Virus record (IMG/VR): IMGVR_UViG_3300010158_000044
DNA from: an uncultured virus (IMG/VR IMGVR_UViG_3300010158_000044)
Taxonomy: Duplodnaviria; Heunggongvirae; Uroviricota; Caudoviricetes
Length of the DNA: 29,727 bases
Direction: 5' to 3' (one strand)
In this document: piece after piece, positions 13,722 through 22,596 of the stretch
Numbering within the stretch: position 1 is the first letter of the stretch
Layout of the letters: every line of letters begins with the position of its first letter
The notes under the pieces: model-generated
Databases searched by the model: none
What the model was told of the DNA's origin: nothing
What the model saw: only the letters and a program-made list of their open reading frames with translations
Translations under genes and position numbers: made by a program

Positions 13722-16700
13722 TGGCACGTAGTAAAAAGAAAATTGATATCGCACCAGAAGATATGGACATCGCTAAGAACCTTGGCGTTAAGACTGAAGA
13801 AAAACCTAAGGTAGATCGTGGTGCTGAACGTAAGAAGTATAAGGCTGCACGTGAAGCCGCACTTATTGGTGGCGCACTTACTCTTGCACAACGTGAAGAG
13901 CGTGATGCTGCAGCAGAACAAAAGCGTTATGAAGCAACCCTTGCTCGTGGAGCAGGCGTACCGGGAGTTGAAACAGTAACAGTTCCTCGTGGTAAGGCCT
14001 ATGAAGAGCGTAAGCGTAAAGAGGCTAGAGAAGCTGCTGATGCAAAATATGCGGCTAAGAGTGAACAATTTATTGAATCTAAGAAACCTACTGAAACTGT
14101 ACCTATTGGAAAGCCTAAGCTTGATGAAGCAGAGCTAAAAGTTCTAGGTAAGAAAGAAATTTTAGAGCGTGCTACAAAGAAACAAGCTTTTGATCTACCT
14201 AAGCGTGGACGTTTTGAAAAGCCTATTACTTTAGGTACTCCAGAAGCAGATCTAACTGAAACATCGTTTACAGCTGAAGAGTCTGCTGTTAATGCAGAAA
14301 AAAGCGCAAAGCTTTATGCAGATAAGCTAGAGCGAGATGCTCGTGCAAGAGAAGGTCAAGAGATTACTGCTGCTTCTCTTAAGTTTACAAAGAAAAAGGC
14401 AGAGATTGCAGGAAAGCCACAGTTTGATCCTATGGCTGCTACAGCAAAGCTTCGTCCTGCAGATAAGGGATTAGCTCCTAGCGTATACGACTACATGAGC
14501 AACTCAGCAGAGCGTGCTGCCGCAAGTCTTAAAGAAGCTCGACCAAAGATTGCAGAACTTACAGGTAAAGCTCCTGAAGATATTTCATATTCTGGAGATG
14601 AACCATACGATGTTAAAGATGCTGCAGGAAATGTTGTAGCGACTCGTACTGTAAACTCACACGCTTTGTCTCTTGCAAAAAAGTCACATCGTGCGGCTAA
14701 GCGTACCGGTAAAGAAGTTAACGGTATTAAGCCTACAGATAAGCGCCCATCTAAGGTAGAAGACATTCTTGGAACTCCTCACCAAGCTATGGCATACCAA
14801 CTTCGCCATCTTCCATCTTTGACTGAAAAAGATGTTATGGCTGCACCTGGACTTGATCGTGAAAAGTTTAGGGTAAAATCAGAAGCTTTAATGAGCGCTG
14901 CTGTTAATAAGGCAGAATCTACTCGTAAGATCAATGTCGCTAATGAAGTTCAAAAGGGACATAAGGGTTGGGAAGATGAAAAAGGAATGGTTCACCCATT
15001 CGTATTTGAAAAGGGTGGAAGAGTGAGCCCACTATCCCTTCCTAATGACTTTACACGTACAGCTCAACCTAAGGTAATGATTCATATCCCAGATGAAGAG
15101 GACACTGAAACATCAATGGGTGCTGCTCAAGTAGCTGAAAAGCCAACACAGCCACAGCAACGCATGAGCAAGACTGGAATGGTTGCCTCTATTTCATCAC
15201 ATGAGCCTTCAGCTGTTGCAAGCCATGAAGGTTGGACTCTTCACAGCGATAACGTTTGGCGTAAGATCCAACACCCACTAACTAATGTTCCTGAGTCTCA
15301 AAAGATGCATGCTGCAGACTATGTAGCTGCACAGGCTTCTATGCTTGTAGATGAGAAGAAAGCTGCTGCAGCTAAGTCTGCTAAATCTGCTCCGGTTAAA
15401 AAAGCTGTAAAGGGAATGGCCGCTGCTCTTAGCAAGACTCAAGATGTTCTTACATCTCAGAAAGAGCCATACCACTATGCAACTAACCCACGTCCACCTA
15501 AGTCAACAGGTACTGATATGTTGGTTCGTGATACCGGTGCTGTTGGAAAAGCTCTTAAAGCTGGCAAGATTACTACTGAACAAGCAGGACAGTTTGATCC
15601 TAATATTCGTAATGCTCCTAAAAAGAATAAGGGACAGCTTGTTGGTACCCCACGTGCCGGAGATTTCAAATATTTAAGCAAGGAAGAGAAGAAGTCACTT
15701 AAAGAGAGCAACCCTAGAGCTCACAAGTTATATCTTCAATCTGAGAAGGCTCATAAGGAAAGTGAAAATGCTAAGGCTCTTAAAGCTCAGCAAAAAGCTC
15801 TTTCACCTAGAAAGTCATTCTATAACCGCTTTGGTGATGCTAAGGCTGTTGGAAAGACAGAGTCTTCCAAGTTTACTAAGGCTAAAGCTGAAGTATCTGG
15901 TGGACGTCAATGGAGAACAGTAGAAGTGGGAGAAACTATTCCTACTGTTTACAACCAGGATAATATGGAAGGTCAAGGACTTTCTGCAGATCAGCAAGCT
16001 GCAGTAAAAGATCTTGGAACTTCAATTGTTCGTGCTAAGAATACTTTTGGACTTACCCCTGCACAAGCTCGTAAGAAGGGCGCTGTAGGTAAGCGTTCAT
16101 TCCAGGTAATGGCAGATGAGCGTGGTCCAGTACGTGATACTGAAGTACACGCACACATCCAGCACCTACCAGAGCGTACAGATGTTGTTCAGGCTCTAAA
16201 GACTGGAAAGATTCATCCAGAAGAGGCTAAAGATCTTCGTTCTCTTGATCAGTTCAGTAAGTATCGTGCTGAAGGCGTAACTCCAGGCAAAGAAGGTCTT
16301 AACGAAGTTAAGTACTCTCGTTTGTTTGAGCCTGTACTAGCTCCTGTTAAGCCTGCTTCTCGTAAGGGAACACCTGTTGAAAAGTTAAATGCTGCTGTTA
16401 AGCCTGGACTTCGTAGTGAAGAATCTATGGTTAAGGGCGGACCAGTTAAAGAAGTTATGGAGCCTACAGGTAAGAAGGCTGCTTCTGCAGTTAAGGTTCC
16501 TAAGAACATGAAGCGTGTATACGGTGAGAAGCTTCCTGTTCCTGAAGAGAAGCCAGAAAATCGTGGTATGAAGGGTTCTGTTAAGGAAGGTCGTGGACGT
16601 CAGTTCAGCAACCTACAAGGACCAGTAAATCTTAACGCTGTTAATCCTAAGACAGGAAAGTTTGCTGGAACAATTGCTGTTCACCCTTCATTGGGACGAG

Positions 16701-16885
16701 GCTATGTAGCTGCGCACCATGAAACCGGAACAGATATTCCTGGCACAGGTAATGTTGTTCGCAGAGGAAATGCTACACAGGAAACTCTACGTAAGGGAGT
16801 AAAGAAGTTTGAAGCTCCTCACGTAACATTTATTCCGGATAGCAATCCTGCTAACCCTGTTCACGTCCCTGCTAGTGACTTCTAA
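13721..16885 (+). CDS. Large Lys/Ala/Glu-rich low-complexity protein (possible internal virion protein)
   Basis: 1054-aa ORF, TAATG-coupled, no Cys, no recognisable catalytic motif. Confidence 0.85.
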   Translation: MARSKKKIDIAPEDMDIAKNLGVKTEEKPKVDRGAERKKYKAAREAALIGGALTLAQREERDAAAEQKRYEATLARGAGVPGVETVTVPRGKAYEERKRKEAREAADAKYAAKSEQFIESKKPTETVPIGKPKLDEAELKVLGKKEILERATKKQAFDLPKRGRFEKPITLGTPEADLTETSFTAEESAVNAEKSAKLYADKLERDARAREGQEITAASLKFTKKKAEIAGKPQFDPMAATAKLRPADKGLAPSVYDYMSNSAERAAASLKEARPKIAELTGKAPEDISYSGDEPYDVKDAAGNVVATRTVNSHALSLAKKSHRAAKRTGKEVNGIKPTDKRPSKVEDILGTPHQAMAYQLRHLPSLTEKDVMAAPGLDREKFRVKSEALMSAAVNKAESTRKINVANEVQKGHKGWEDEKGMVHPFVFEKGGRVSPLSLPNDFTRTAQPKVMIHIPDEEDTETSMGAAQVAEKPTQPQQRMSKTGMVASISSHEPSAVASHEGWTLHSDNVWRKIQHPLTNVPESQKMHAADYVAAQASMLVDEKKAAAAKSAKSAPVKKAVKGMAAALSKTQDVLTSQKEPYHYATNPRPPKSTGTDMLVRDTGAVGKALKAGKITTEQAGQFDPNIRNAPKKNKGQLVGTPRAGDFKYLSKEEKKSLKESNPRAHKLYLQSEKAHKESENAKALKAQQKALSPRKSFYNRFGDAKAVGKTESSKFTKAKAEVSGGRQWRTVEVGETIPTVYNQDNMEGQGLSADQQAAVKDLGTSIVRAKNTFGLTPAQARKKGAVGKRSFQVMADERGPVRDTEVHAHIQHLPERTDVVQALKTGKIHPEEAKDLRSLDQFSKYRAEGVTPGKEGLNEVKYSRLFEPVLAPVKPASRKGTPVEKLNAAVKPGLRSEESMVKGGPVKEVMEPTGKKAASAVKVPKNMKRVYGEKLPVPEEKPENRGMKGSVKEGRGRQFSNLQGPVNLNAVNPKTGKFAGTIAVHPSLGRGYVAAHHETGTDIPGTGNVVRRGNATQETLRKGVKKFEAPHVTFIPDSNPANPVHVPASDF

Positions 16886-16890
16886 TAGCC

Positions 16891-17067
16891 ATGTCTCTAT
16901 CGGAGATCTTTAAGTCTTATTACCCTAAAGGCAATAAGCTACCTAAGAACTTGCGTAATAACGCACGTGAGGCTGCAACCTATCTAACAGGCATCCCATA
17001 TGAGTCTGATCCAGATGCTATGAAGCCTATCGGTCGTGCAGGAAGATCATCGGGGTCTAATAACTAA
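16891..17067 (+). CDS. Small hypothetical protein (58 aa)
   Basis: Manual translation MSLSEIFKSYYPKGNKLPKNLRNNAREAATYLTGIPYESDPDAMKPIGRAGRSSGSNN; TAATG junction with the next gene. Confidence 0.65.
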   Translation: MSLSEIFKSYYPKGNKLPKNLRNNAREAATYLTGIPYESDPDAMKPIGRAGRSSGSNN

Positions 17068-17276
17068 TGGGGCTTAATAACGACACTATCTACACCCATG
17101 GTGGAGAGCTTAATGGTAAAGGCTTGCACAAATGGCATTGCCTTAGCTGTCCATGGACACAGACTGCTCTAGGTGGTAGTAAAGAGCAAAATGCCGGGCA
17201 GCGCAAGGCTGAAGCCCACAGATGCTATGATTCATCTAAGGATGCACAAGCAAGGCGTAGGGATATCTATGGATAA
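17067..17276 (+). CDS. Small putative Zn-binding protein
   Basis: 69 aa with WHCLSC...AEAHRC. Confidence 0.65.
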   Translation: MGLNNDTIYTHGGELNGKGLHKWHCLSCPWTQTALGGSKEQNAGQRKAEAHRCYDSSKDAQARRRDIYG

Positions 17277-17323
17277 CAACTTTGAGTTTTCAATAGGGTC
17301 TGCACAACAAGAGGAGAAAAATA

Positions 17324-17587
17324 ATGGCTAAATCAGCAGCTTGGACTCGTAAAGAAGGTCAGAACCCTAATGGCGGACTAAACGCTAAAGGTCGCGCCTC
17401 TGCCAAAAAAGAAGGACATAATTTAAAACCTCCTGTAAAAAAAGAAGAAGCAGCTAAATCTAAGAAGTCTGCTGCACGTCGTAAGTCTTATTGTGCACGC
17501 TCTGCAGGACAAGCTAAAATGTTTCCTAAAGCAGCTAAAGATCCAGATAGTCGTTTAAACAAAGCAAGAAGGGCATGGGACTGCTAA
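17324..17587 (+). CDS. Small basic phage protein (DUF6321-like)
   Basis: AWTRKEGQNPNGGLNAKGRAS...RRKSYCAR...DPDSRLNKARRAWDC. Confidence 0.8.
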   Translation: MAKSAAWTRKEGQNPNGGLNAKGRASAKKEGHNLKPPVKKEEAAKSKKSAARRKSYCARSAGQAKMFPKAAKDPDSRLNKARRAWDC

Positions 17588-17748
17588 TGGCTAAAGAAGT
17601 ATGGGATAAAAAAGATCCTGATGGTGGCAAGCATAAGAAGCTATCTTCTAAGAAGAAAGCTTCGGCTAAAGCACGTGCTAAAGCTGCTGGTCGCCCTTAT
17701 CCTAATTTGATTGATAATATGGCTGCCGCAAAGAAAAAGGGCAAGTAA
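17587..17748 (+). CDS. Small basic phage protein (53 aa)
   Basis: Manual translation MAKEVWDKKDPDGGKHKKLSSKKKASAKARAKAAGRPYPNLIDNMAAAKKKGK; TAATG-coupled at both ends. Confidence 0.8.
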   Translation: MAKEVWDKKDPDGGKHKKLSSKKKASAKARAKAAGRPYPNLIDNMAAAKKKGK

Positions 17749-18299
17749 TGTCAGCCGAGAAGTCTTTATTTCCTTTAAAAGGTCAAAGACTAAATGTAGT
17801 ATCCCCTGAGGGTATAACTGTAGGTGTTCATAGAATGCCTGTTGTTGCAGATAAGTCCTCACTTCCCCCACTTTATCATGGTTCAGGTAGTCATATTAAG
17901 GTGGGAGATACTGTAAGGCCTCATCCAAAATCTCCAGATCCAGAGTCTAGAAGATATGCTTTTGCAAGCTCTCTTCAGGGAGCTGCTGGGGTATATGCAC
18001 GAGGTCCAAACACTGAAATAAATGGTCAGGGAGTGTTTTGGGGTATTGTCCATAGAGTAGGGCCTACAGAAGATAACGAAGTATTAAAGGATATTCATCC
18101 TCATGGAGAAAGATCTTGGGGAAAAGAACATGGGCACTACTTATCTAAACAGTTTAAAGTATTAGAGGCTACTCATTTAGTGGATTATATGGGGAGGCAC
18201 ACCCCTCTGGGAAACAATTCACCATTGTATGACCCGCCTACAAAAAAATACAAACAATTAAAATTTCAGGATATACGGGAGAAAAATAATGGCAACTAA
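17748..18299 (+). CDS. Arr-like ADP-ribosyltransferase-fold protein
   Basis: LYHGS...IKVGDTVRP...YAFASS...AGVYA...VHRVGP parallels the rifampin ADP-ribosyltransferase pattern. Confidence 0.65.
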   Translation: MSAEKSLFPLKGQRLNVVSPEGITVGVHRMPVVADKSSLPPLYHGSGSHIKVGDTVRPHPKSPDPESRRYAFASSLQGAAGVYARGPNTEINGQGVFWGIVHRVGPTEDNEVLKDIHPHGERSWGKEHGHYLSKQFKVLEATHLVDYMGRHTPLGNNSPLYDPPTKKYKQLKFQDIREKNNGN

Positions 18300-18585
18300 G
18301 AAAAAAGCAGTCGCAGGCGGTAAAGAATATAAAGGATCTGCTGCTAATGGTGGTCGTAAAATTATTGTTGAGCATTATAAAGATAAAGCCGGTAAATGGC
18401 ATACTACTTCAAAGAACGCTGCCAAGGCTAAATATGAAAAAACACATGGCAAGCTACCTAAGGGAACAGATGTGGACCACAAGGATAATAATCATGATAA
18501 TGATTCTTCCAGCAACCTGCGCCCACTCAAGCATGGCAAGAATACTGCCAAGGAGAATAAGCGCAGAGCTGGTAAAAAAGCTTAA
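18289..18585 (+). CDS. Small basic HNH-motif protein
   Basis: DVDHKDNNHDNDSSSNLRPLKHGKN. Confidence 0.75.
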   Translation: MATKKKAVAGGKEYKGSAANGGRKIIVEHYKDKAGKWHTTSKNAAKAKYEKTHGKLPKGTDVDHKDNNHDNDSSSNLRPLKHGKNTAKENKRRAGKKA

Positions 18586-19109
18586 GCTAAAGGTGCTGCT
18601 TTAAGCCAGTACTTTACAACGTTTGTTGAAACACCACCATTATAAGAATTTCTTCCTACTCCCCAGCTACCCCAATTACGGCCTCCAGAGGTCATCTGGA
18701 AGGCTATCTTGGCATTGGTAACGGGATTATATAGGTCAGTAGCTGAAACAAGCCCATACTGGCTTACACGGGCTTTTAAGGCACCATATAAGTTAATCTG
18801 AAACATCCCATAAGAATTATCCCCAGTACGAGGATTAAAGTTATGAGATAAAGGATTTCCATGGGATTCTTTCATTGCCACTGCCCAGGCAACCTTCAAG
18901 CTTTGTCCTTGAAAACCTGTTAGGCGTAAAAGGTCATATAGTTGAATTTGGCTGAGCTTTCTCATACCGGAGTATTTGAGAACGGGGTCTACGCACGTGG
19001 GGACCACCTTGGCTGTGACAGCTCTAGCTGTCGAGGTAAACGAGTTTGTTATTGCTAGTACTACTGAGAGCACTACTACCGCTAGTTTTCTTTTTCCATT
19101 AAAATGCAC
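18582..19109 (-). CDS. Secreted lysozyme-like/SLT lytic transglycosylase
   Basis: Signal peptide (KRK, hydrophobic stretch, ARA), catalytic AVAMKES, SYGMFQIN, LYNPVTNAKIA, NWGSW; GTG start after AGGAG. Confidence 0.88.
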   Translation of the reverse strand: MHFNGKRKLAVVVLSVVLAITNSFTSTARAVTAKVVPTCVDPVLKYSGMRKLSQIQLYDLLRLTGFQGQSLKVAWAVAMKESHGNPLSHNFNPRTGDNSYGMFQINLYGALKARVSQYGLVSATDLYNPVTNAKIAFQMTSGGRNWGSWGVGRNSYNGGVSTNVVKYWLKAAPLA

Positions 19110-19260
19110 ACTATCTCCTAGGCTTGAGAGCCAACCCGAATCCTCATCCAACTGTCACTTGGATGAAAATAGCCCGGCGTCTGTCTGCCAAGCTAGTTGC
19201 AACCCTTTTGTTTCGTTGTTAGTGTTAGAGGCTATGACCCCTCTATGAAATACTGTACCA
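19110..19260 (-). promoter_or_regulatory. Extended -10 promoter and multi-hairpin 5' leader of the transglycosylase gene
   Basis: TGGTACAGT at 19260-19252, then hairpins AGAGG/CCTCT, TAGCTTGGC/GCCGGGCTA, TCATCCAA/TTGGATGA and a short stem abutting the SD. Confidence 0.55.
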
Positions 19261-19391
19261 GTAAATACAGGGTTAGCGCAACAACCAAATATGTATGAGA
19301 TACTATAGACCTGTATAAACTGGCCTGAAAGGACCTTATATGGCAAAATGCGTATCAAAGATCCTCATGGCAAGGAAAGCAAAGGTACAAG

Positions 19392-19664
19392 ATGAGAATA
19401 GAACGAATAGTAACGAAGCAGGGACATCCAGTTCCGAAAACAGCACACAATCCTAAGGGACCGTTTCCACCAGAGATTTACCAAAGAACAGAAGTTGTTA
19501 CGGATTATGTTCCATTTGATGATGATATTCCGACAGGGGCGACAGCACAAAATGAATTTAAAGAACCAAAAATCTTCAAGTGCCGCTTCTGCCAGCAACT
19601 TGTGTATGAGCACAAAATTCCAGACCACGTATGTGAGGGCATCGAAGATGGCGAAGACGCATGA
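19392..19664 (+). CDS. Hypothetical protein with a C-terminal CxxC...HxC finger
   Basis: 90 aa with FKCRFC...DHVC. Confidence 0.75.
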   Translation: MRIERIVTKQGHPVPKTAHNPKGPFPPEIYQRTEVVTDYVPFDDDIPTGATAQNEFKEPKIFKCRFCQQLVYEHKIPDHVCEGIEDGEDA

Positions 19665-19947
19665 TGTTGGAGATTATTACTGGCACTTTATGGTGTACCC
19701 GGTAAAACCACCAAGCATTATAGAAAAAGCAGAAACACAAGAGATTGACGGCAAATACCGTGGTGGACATGGGTGGGTAACCCGACTTCCATTTACACGG
19801 TATGCTTTAGTCATTGGAAAATGGACTAAGGCCTATGATGAAAGCTCTGCGTTAACAAGAGCGATTATAGGTCGCCCAATGAAGCAAGATGAAGTTGATT
19901 GGGACAAAATACGATTTGGGGCAGAGAATGTTCAAGAAGAAGAGTAA
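19648..19947 (+). CDS. Hypothetical protein (99 aa)
   Basis: Start moved to ATG 19648 (MAKTHDVG), overlapping the previous gene end. Confidence 0.7.
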   Translation: MAKTHDVGDYYWHFMVYPVKPPSIIEKAETQEIDGKYRGGHGWVTRLPFTRYALVIGKWTKAYDESSALTRAIIGRPMKQDEVDWDKIRFGAENVQEEE

Positions 19948-20161
19948 GTTAGCAAAAGAATTAACAAAAATACAAAAGCGTGTACAGATGCTGCCTACGG
20001 CAGAACTTCTTACATGGAGCGACCAAATAATGTATACAGTTGGTCGTAATCTATCTGCATGGCAGAAAAGTCAAAATCCTTTCTCTTTAGAGGAAGCCAG
20101 AGTGGGCGCAGAAGCGTTGCACGCAATCGTAGACGCATTAAGCGAAAGGTCGATTAAGTGA
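19928..20161 (+). CDS. Small helical protein immediately upstream of terminase (77 aa)
   Basis: Start at ATG 19928 (MFKKKSK); GTGA overlap with terL. Confidence 0.7.
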   Translation: MFKKKSKLAKELTKIQKRVQMLPTAELLTWSDQIMYTVGRNLSAWQKSQNPFSLEEARVGAEALHAIVDALSERSIK

Positions 20162-21747
20162 GCGACGAAGAAGATCTCTTTGATGAGGTTGATATCGATG
20201 AACTTGAACTTGATCTAGAACCACAAGATATAGATGTAGAAGATGCTGAAGAAGAGCTTGATGAATTATCTAAAGAGTTTGTAAAAGCGCTTGTAGATAA
20301 AATCATGCAGTTTATGGAGTTATTGGTAGGACATCAGCTTCACCCATATCAAGCCCCATTAGCTAGACGAATTATTGAATCCGTACTTATTAACGATGGT
20401 GAAGAAGTAACTGCTCTAGCCTCACGTCAATCAGGTAAATCAGAAACTATTGCTAATACTGTCTCTACTTTGATGGTAATCCTTCCACGTCTAGCCCGCA
20501 TGTACCCAGAGCTACTTGGTAAATTTGGTGACGGTTTATGGGTTGGAATGTTTGCTCCAGTTCAAAACCAGGTAGAAACCCTCTATGGTCGTACAGTTTC
20601 CCGCCTAACAAGTGACCGTGCTATGGAAATCTTTGGGGATCCAGAAGTAGACGATATTCCTACTAAAACCCCAGGCGTAACTAAAAACATTAAGCTTAAG
20701 AAGTCTGGCTCCACTCTTATGATGATGACAGCTAACCCAAGAGCTAAGATCGAATCTAAATCTTTCCATTTAATTATTATTGATGAGTGTCAAGAAGCTG
20801 ATGACTTTGTAGTTTCAAAATCTATTGCTCCTATGGGTGCGTACTATAACGCCACCATAGTAAAGACCGGAACCCCTACAACCCACAAAAATAACTTTTA
20901 TCGTGCCATCCAACTTAACAAACGACGCCAGACCGGCTCACGTGCTAAGCAGAACCATTTTCAATGGGACTGGCGAGAGGTAATTAAGTACAACGAAAAC
21001 TACGGCAAGTTCATTAAAAAGGAGATGCTACGTATTGGCGAGGACTCAGATGAGTTCCAGCTTTCATACAACTGTAAATGGTTGCTTGAACGTGGTATGT
21101 TCATTACCTCAACTATTATGGATGATCTTGGTGATACCTCACAAGAGATTGTTAAGAGTCACTTTAGATCTCCAGTAGTAGTCGGTGTGGACCCTGCTCG
21201 TAAAATGGACTCAACAGTTGTAACAGTAGTATGGGTAGACTGGGACCGACCAGATGAATACGGTTATTATGATCATAGAGTATTAAATTGGTTGGAATTA
21301 CAGGGCGATGACTGGGAAGAACAATATTTTCAAATTCAACAGTTCTTATCTAACTACGATGTGCTAGCTATTGGAGTAGATGCCAACGGTGTTGGTGACG
21401 CAGTTGCTGGTCGTCTAAAGATCCTTATGCCTCGTGCTGAGGTAATCCCTGTAACATCCAGCCCTACAGAGCAATCCAAGCGCTGGAAGCACCTTCAAGC
21501 TTTAATTCAACGTCAGCTGGTCTCATGGCCTTCCCATGCTAAAACCAGACGACTTCGTATTTGGAAGAAGTTTTACCAACAAATGGTAGATGCTGAAGTT
21601 CAGTATAAAGGCCCTAATTTTCTAGTAGCAGCCCCAGATGAGGTACATGCCCACGATGACTTCGTGGACTCACTTGCCTTAGCCTGTTCTCTTACCCAAG
21701 AGATGGTTATGCCTACTGTTGAAGTTAGCGCCAACCCGTTCTTTTAA
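20158..21747 (+). CDS. terL: Terminase large subunit
   Basis: Walker A SRQSGKS, Walker B LIIIDE, coupling motif TGT, nuclease acidic residues GVDPAR / VDANG / HDDFVDS. Confidence 0.95.
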   Translation: MSDEEDLFDEVDIDELELDLEPQDIDVEDAEEELDELSKEFVKALVDKIMQFMELLVGHQLHPYQAPLARRIIESVLINDGEEVTALASRQSGKSETIANTVSTLMVILPRLARMYPELLGKFGDGLWVGMFAPVQNQVETLYGRTVSRLTSDRAMEIFGDPEVDDIPTKTPGVTKNIKLKKSGSTLMMMTANPRAKIESKSFHLIIIDECQEADDFVVSKSIAPMGAYYNATIVKTGTPTTHKNNFYRAIQLNKRRQTGSRAKQNHFQWDWREVIKYNENYGKFIKKEMLRIGEDSDEFQLSYNCKWLLERGMFITSTIMDDLGDTSQEIVKSHFRSPVVVGVDPARKMDSTVVTVVWVDWDRPDEYGYYDHRVLNWLELQGDDWEEQYFQIQQFLSNYDVLAIGVDANGVGDAVAGRLKILMPRAEVIPVTSSPTEQSKRWKHLQALIQRQLVSWPSHAKTRRLRIWKKFYQQMVDAEVQYKGPNFLVAAPDEVHAHDDFVDSLALACSLTQEMVMPTVEVSANPFF

Positions 21748-21834
21748 TTATTGTATTTACTAAGACAGATCTTATAGTTTTAGCGAATAATAATACCCGA
21801 GGACCTCAATCCCAACCCTATAGGAGAATAAACA

Positions 21835-22242
21835 ATGGCAATGGAAAATATTGCACCTACTCCTCAGTTCCCTGAGCGTGTAGGCACAAGTTATGAACGC
21901 AAGTTCAGCCCAGCAACACCAGGCCTACGTGGCCCACTTCGTTTTGAAGAAGGTATTGCAACAGATACAGACGTTCCAAATGATTTCCAACTTGGCTTGG
22001 ATCAAGGTTATGACACACCAGCTGGTCGTCCTAACCACAACGAGAACGTTTTTGAGAAGTATCCAGAAGAAACAATGAAGGAACGTGCACACGTCGGCTC
22101 AGCTGCGTGGGTAGAAGCTCCTACATACCTTGGCGAGTTTGCACAAGGAAACTTCGGAGATCACTCTCAGACAGTTATTGAAGAAGTCATCCGCAATGGC
22201 TCACGCTATGAGCGCATGAACCCTGCTTCAGTTAACGACTAA
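21835..22242 (+). CDS. Hypothetical protein between terminase and portal
   Basis: 135-aa ORF with SD AGGAG and the codon style of the structural genes. Confidence 0.8.
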   Translation: MAMENIAPTPQFPERVGTSYERKFSPATPGLRGPLRFEEGIATDTDVPNDFQLGLDQGYDTPAGRPNHNENVFEKYPEETMKERAHVGSAAWVEAPTYLGEFAQGNFGDHSQTVIEEVIRNGSRYERMNPASVND

Positions 22243-22260
22243 TTACTGTATACTAATGTC

Positions 22261-22284
22261 GTCCCCGGTCGCAAGGCCGGGGAT
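22261..22284 (+). terminator. GNRA-capped stem-loop (terminator-like, no U-tract)
   Basis: GTCCCCGGTC-GCAA-GGCCGGGGAT. Confidence 0.45.
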
Positions 22285-22300
22285 AACATAAGGGAGAAAC

Positions 22301-22570
22301 ATGGGAACAGCTAAAAAGTATTTAAAATCGTATGAAGCGATTGTGAATCAAGCTAAGGCTAGATACCCAAAGCGCAGAGGTGCAGGAACAACTCCCCAAG
22401 CAAACAAAATGATTAGTCAACAGTGGGCCGCTACAGGAGAGCAAGAACCTAGAACTTTGAAAGATGCCGATCCAAATAAAGTGGATTTGAAAGCAGTAGC
22501 AAGAGATAAAGAAAAGCAGAAGACAGATCGCAAAAAGCGTAATCTGAAAAAACAAAATTTCGTAGTTTGA
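22301..22570 (+). CDS. Small basic hypothetical protein
   Basis: 89-aa ORF with SD AGGGAG. Confidence 0.75.
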   Translation: MGTAKKYLKSYEAIVNQAKARYPKRRGAGTTPQANKMISQQWAATGEQEPRTLKDADPNKVDLKAVARDKEKQKTDRKKRNLKKQNFVV

Positions 22571-22596
22571 GGGCAAACAATGATGGGATTTAATCG

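Noticed and set aside
17748..18299. Rifampin resistance gene arr
   Set aside because: Only the NAD-binding fold pattern is recognisable; nothing supports rifampin specificity.
19928..20161. Terminase small subunit call
   Set aside because: Supported by position only; no recognisable HTH or TerS pattern.
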